From positions 12,191-76,190 of the forward strand of contig CALXXF010000003.1 in NCBI GenBank assembly GCA_944392615.1: 64,000 nt of DNA, written 5' to 3'. The position numbers and the translations under genes are program-made. The stretch's first letter is position 1; each line of letters opens with the position of its first letter. The notes beneath the pieces are model-generated. The model was given only the letters and a program-made list of their open reading frames with translations, was not told the origin of the DNA and did not search any database. This DNA is from an uncultured Clostridia bacterium (GTDB lineage Bacteria; Bacillota; Clostridia; Oscillospirales; CAG-272). Positions 60,536-64,000 of this stretch are shown here, one piece after another.

Positions 60536-61471
60536 TCAATTAATATTAATATTTTGATTTTTACTTTCGTATTCCGAAATAGCATACAGGTTTATAGCGG
60601 CTGCCACTATGGAAGCAAGCTTTTTTGCCGCGGCGTCGCAGTCTTTAGGCGTTACAAAAAAGCTGCGATTGTTTTCAAGAATCTCTGAAAGCCTTCGGTC
60701 AATTTCTGCGCCGCTCTTTTCGAGCAGGTCGTATATGAGAGTTGACGAATCCACTATTGTTGGCACTCCTACAGCAATTACAGGAACACCTATGTTTTCC
60801 TCGCCAACCGAATGTCGTCGGTTTCCTATACCTGAACCAGGCGTTATCCCGGTGTCTGATATCTGAACCGTCCTCATGAGTCTGTCCACGCTCTTTGACG
60901 CCAGGCAATCGACTGCAATCACAACATTTGCCCTGCTCGCAGTTACAGCACCTTTGATGAGTTCTGCACTTTCTATACCCGTATTTCCAGCCACACCGGG
61001 GCAAAAGGCAGAAAGCGGTATCCCCGTTTCTTCGTCAGCAAGATGCGAGGTGACCCGTATCTCTTCGCAGCAGAGCGGACCTATTGAATCCGCTGTAAAC
61101 TCACGGTTGCCTATTCCTGCGACGAGGACCCGCTTCTTTCCTCTGACCTTTTCATTTATCAGCCTTGAGAGCGTTTTCATTATTTCAACGACGACCTCGT
61201 TTTCGGTATGCGCGCCCGCTTCGGCGGAATTTGAACCTCGTATATGCGGCGGTTCTTCCTGCCAAAGCGGTCCGAATGATATGGTGACGTAATTTCCGAC
61301 CGGCTTTCCGACTGCCTTTTCTCCGCGGCCGTCTGTTATACAGACATCAAGTGTTGTCGTGCCGCGTGTGGATGAAGTTCTGACCTTCACGCCTGGGGAC
61401 GGCGTTTTTTGCGTCACACATCCGCTTTCGGCAGCAAGATCTGTCCGTGCGTATTCAGAATAGTTGACCAT
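60536..61471 (-). CDS. gpr: Germination protease (GPR endopeptidase)
   Basis: RTDLAAE, GKPVGNYVT, GIGNREFTADSIGP, PGVAGNTGIE, DTGITPGSGIGN, FVTPKD. Confidence 0.92.
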   Translation of the reverse strand: MVNYSEYARTDLAAESGCVTQKTPSPGVKVRTSSTRGTTTLDVCITDGRGEKAVGKPVGNYVTISFGPLWQEEPPHIRGSNSAEAGAHTENEVVVEIMKTLSRLINEKVRGKKRVLVAGIGNREFTADSIGPLCCEEIRVTSHLADEETGIPLSAFCPGVAGNTGIESAELIKGAVTASRANVVIAVDCLASKSVDRLMRTVQISDTGITPGSGIGNRRHSVGEENIGVPVIAVGVPTIVDSSTLIYDLLEKSGAEIDRRLSEILENNRSFFVTPKDCDAAAKKLASIVAAAINLYAISEYESKNQNININ

Positions 61472-61682
61472 GTGTTGCACCTTTCTGCAGTTTATTTCCG
61501 GAAGCTGTGGTTTGTGTTTTACATAAGGATTTTTGCCACAAAGCGTGAAATACAACGGGTAAATATCGACGATATTGTAAATTTATTGTAAATAAGCAAT
61601 GTGTATAATAAACAAAAAAGGACCGCACTTTTGTGCAAGAACACGAAATAAATAAAACATGTGTTTATCGGGAAATAATCTC

Positions 61683-61711
61683 TTGCCAAAAGCGGGGATT
61701 GATGATATAAT
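61683..61711 (+). promoter_or_regulatory. Sigma-A promoter for the OppA-like gene
   Basis: TTGCCA-17bp-TATAAT with an extended TG. Confidence 0.75.
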
Positions 61712-61862
61712 ACTCAAGTAAAAGAAAAGGGCTTGCAGGCGTGCGCGCGTGCGCATGTCCTTTCAGTGACGGTCAAGCCCCCGATTACGGCGATTTACGT
61801 GTTTACGTTGAGTAAGGTAATCGCCCCTTATCCGACCGCACAAAACCAAGGAGGATCATATC

Positions 61863-64000
61863 TTGAAAAACTTCAAAAAAGCGTTTTCGATAATTCTTGC
61901 CGTGCTCATCATGGCGGGAGTTATAGCAGTCTTCAGCTCATGCAGCGGCGCGACTAAAGACGATCCCGGAGCGGTGATCGAAATATACATGCCCTATTCT
62001 GTCAGTTTCGACCCTGCGGTGGCATATGCGGACGATGCAAGCGCAAAACTCATGTCCCTGCTTTATCAGGGGCTTACAACGATCGACAGTAAGGGCAGGG
62101 TAAAGGGCGCTCTTGCCGACAGCTGGGAGACATATACCAACCGTGACGGCGAGAAGGTGCTTGAAATAAAGCTCAAGGATACTGCCTGGAGCGACGGGCA
62201 ATCTGTCGACGCTGAGGATTTTCTCGACTCCTGGGAGCGCATACTTGATCCGGAATTCAACTGCGAGGCGGCTTCTCTCCTGTTCTCTATAAAGAACGCG
62301 GTTGATGTAAAGAACGGTGTGCTCACACTCTCCGACCTCGGTGTCACGGCGTCTACGCGTGATACTCTGACGATCGTGCTTGAGGATTGGGCAGATCCCG
62401 ATACTTTCCTGCGCAACTGCGCCTCTGTTGCACTTTACCCCATACGCCGGGACGTTATAAACAAGATATATGACAGAGAAACACAGACTGAAAATGACTG
62501 GTCTACTCTGCCCGCAATAATGCAGACCAACGGACCTTTCTTCCTCAGAAGAGTGTCCTTCGGTTCACTTGCAGAAGGTACGACGATGCGTCCCTCCATG
62601 ACACTTGAACGCAACACGAGCTATTACCTTGATCCTGATAAAAACGAAAGCGTCAATCACCTTGACAAATATGTCGTTCCTTACAGAATAGTAGTCAACA
62701 TGACGTATGGAAATGACGATGTGGCTGATTTTGTCGATGACAAGATGTCTGAATTCATTTCAGAGTACCGCCAGCAGCATGGGGTTGCTCCTGCCGACGA
62801 CGTAAGAGAGCAGATACTTGCAGCGATGTCTGATGAGGAAAAGAATTCGTACGGAAGCGCTTCTGCACTTGAAGAGGCTGTTAACGAAATGGTTGACGAG
62901 CGCGTCAGTCAAATGGTGCAGGACAGGTACAGTATAGAGTACGCCGCAGACTACATATCCAAGATAACTGAATCCAAGGATGCATACGTCGAAATGTATG
63001 ACGAGGGAACGATACTTTATAACGGAGGTCTCCCCCAGTCGTACGACGGGAAAGTGGTCCTTAAGGATATGATGATAACCGGTTCCTTCTATTTCAACAC
63101 TGACAACGAGCTTTTTGCCGATGCAAATGTCAGAAAGGCTCTTTCACTTGCCCTTGACAGAAAGGCAATAGCAGAAATGGTGAAGTATGCCAAGCCTGCC
63201 GATACACTCATAACCGATGGTGTCTTTGAGACGACAAGAAAAACATCGTTCAAGGAAAACAGCGATTACGGAATTTCCACTACGCAGGATCTTGCAACTG
63301 CCCAGTCTCTTCTCAAATCCGCCGGTGTGACATCCGGAAGCTTCAGTATTTCCGTAAGGGCAACCGAGCAGGATATAACGATTGCACAGTACGCTGTTGA
63401 ACAATGGGAGAAACTCGGATTTGACGTCAGCATCAGGATATACGGCTACAACCTTACCAACTACACCGAGCGTGAGCTTGTTGCCACAGACGAAAGAGAC
63501 GAGAACGGAGCCATAATAAAGGTGTGGCAGGACGTAGTTATTTACGAAGGACTGTTGCATGACGGATATAACGATGCTTATAACAACGCCGATTTTGATG
63601 TAATATTCTACGACGTTAATATGCACTCGACCGATGCATTTGCCGCCCTTGCCCAGTTTGCGGCTGTGTATTCAGGCAGAGCTTATGATTTTTCCGGAAC
63701 GTCGAATTTTGATGAGCTTATGACCCATGTTACAGGCTACTACAATCCTGAGTATGATGAGATAATGAAGAGCGCGCTCGTTGAAACCGATTCTGCCAAG
63801 AGAGCACAGCTTCTCCATGAGGCAGAAGAACTTCTTCTGACCGATATGCCTGTAACGCCGGTTATTTACTATCAGAATGCTTATATAGTTTCTGACGAGC
63901 TTGACGACTATACGACGTCTTATTTCGGATATACTATTTTCACCGAGGCGACTTACGACAACTATGTTCCTACAGAAACACAGCCTGTTACCGAGGCTCC
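61863..64000 (+). CDS. ABC transporter substrate-binding lipoprotein, family 5 (OppA-like); partial, runs off the window
   Basis: Missing from the ORF track because it has no stop in the window. AAGGAGG RBS, TTG start, MKNFKKAFSIILAVLIMAGVIAVFSS-C lipobox, FDPAVAY, LYQGL, GALADSWE, WSDG, NGPF, VRKALSLALDR, YNPEYDE, LHEAEELLLTDMPVTPV. Confidence 0.88.
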   Translation, partial: MKNFKKAFSIILAVLIMAGVIAVFSSCSGATKDDPGAVIEIYMPYSVSFDPAVAYADDASAKLMSLLYQGLTTIDSKGRVKGALADSWETYTNRDGEKVLEIKLKDTAWSDGQSVDAEDFLDSWERILDPEFNCEAASLLFSIKNAVDVKNGVLTLSDLGVTASTRDTLTIVLEDWADPDTFLRNCASVALYPIRRDVINKIYDRETQTENDWSTLPAIMQTNGPFFLRRVSFGSLAEGTTMRPSMTLERNTSYYLDPDKNESVNHLDKYVVPYRIVVNMTYGNDDVADFVDDKMSEFISEYRQQHGVAPADDVREQILAAMSDEEKNSYGSASALEEAVNEMVDERVSQMVQDRYSIEYAADYISKITESKDAYVEMYDEGTILYNGGLPQSYDGKVVLKDMMITGSFYFNTDNELFADANVRKALSLALDRKAIAEMVKYAKPADTLITDGVFETTRKTSFKENSDYGISTTQDLATAQSLLKSAGVTSGSFSISVRATEQDITIAQYAVEQWEKLGFDVSIRIYGYNLTNYTERELVATDERDENGAIIKVWQDVVIYEGLLHDGYNDAYNNADFDVIFYDVNMHSTDAFAALAQFAAVYSGRAYDFSGTSNFDELMTHVTGYYNPEYDEIMKSALVETDSAKRAQLLHEAEELLLTDMPVTPVIYYQNAYIVSDELDDYTTSYFGYTIFTEATYDNYVPTETQPVTEA

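Overview
A 64-kb chromosomal window from a spore-forming anaerobic Clostridia-like firmicute (sigK, spoIVB, spoIIP, gpr, yunB, SPOCS-LysM coat protein, Re-citrate synthase, sigma-A promoters). Most of it is housekeeping: msmX, rsuA, yhaO/yjjG/yhaN, rbfA-nrnA-truB, uvrBA, a glycine cleavage operon under a tandem glycine riboswitch, a P-type ATPase under a yybP-ykoY (Mn2+) riboswitch, ispE, rsmE, ctpA, greA-lysS and a long OppA-like lipoprotein that runs off the end. The standout is a four-gene locus at about 5.8-13.6 kb. It has a cytochrome c maturation System II pair (ResB/CcsB-like and CcsA), then a predicted lipoprotein with a beta-propeller plus a di-heme (2x CxxCH) peroxidase-like domain, then a 1216-aa secreted protein with hydrazine-synthase-alpha-like architecture (propeller, HZS-alpha middle domain, 2x CxxCH) carrying two carbohydrate-binding-type modules. 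The arrangement mirrors the beta-gamma-alpha layout of anammox hydrazine synthase but looks repurposed as an extracellular, possibly glycan-targeted, heme enzyme. All family calls are from motif recognition by eye; no searches were run. No tRNA, rRNA, CRISPR array or mobile element was recognised.
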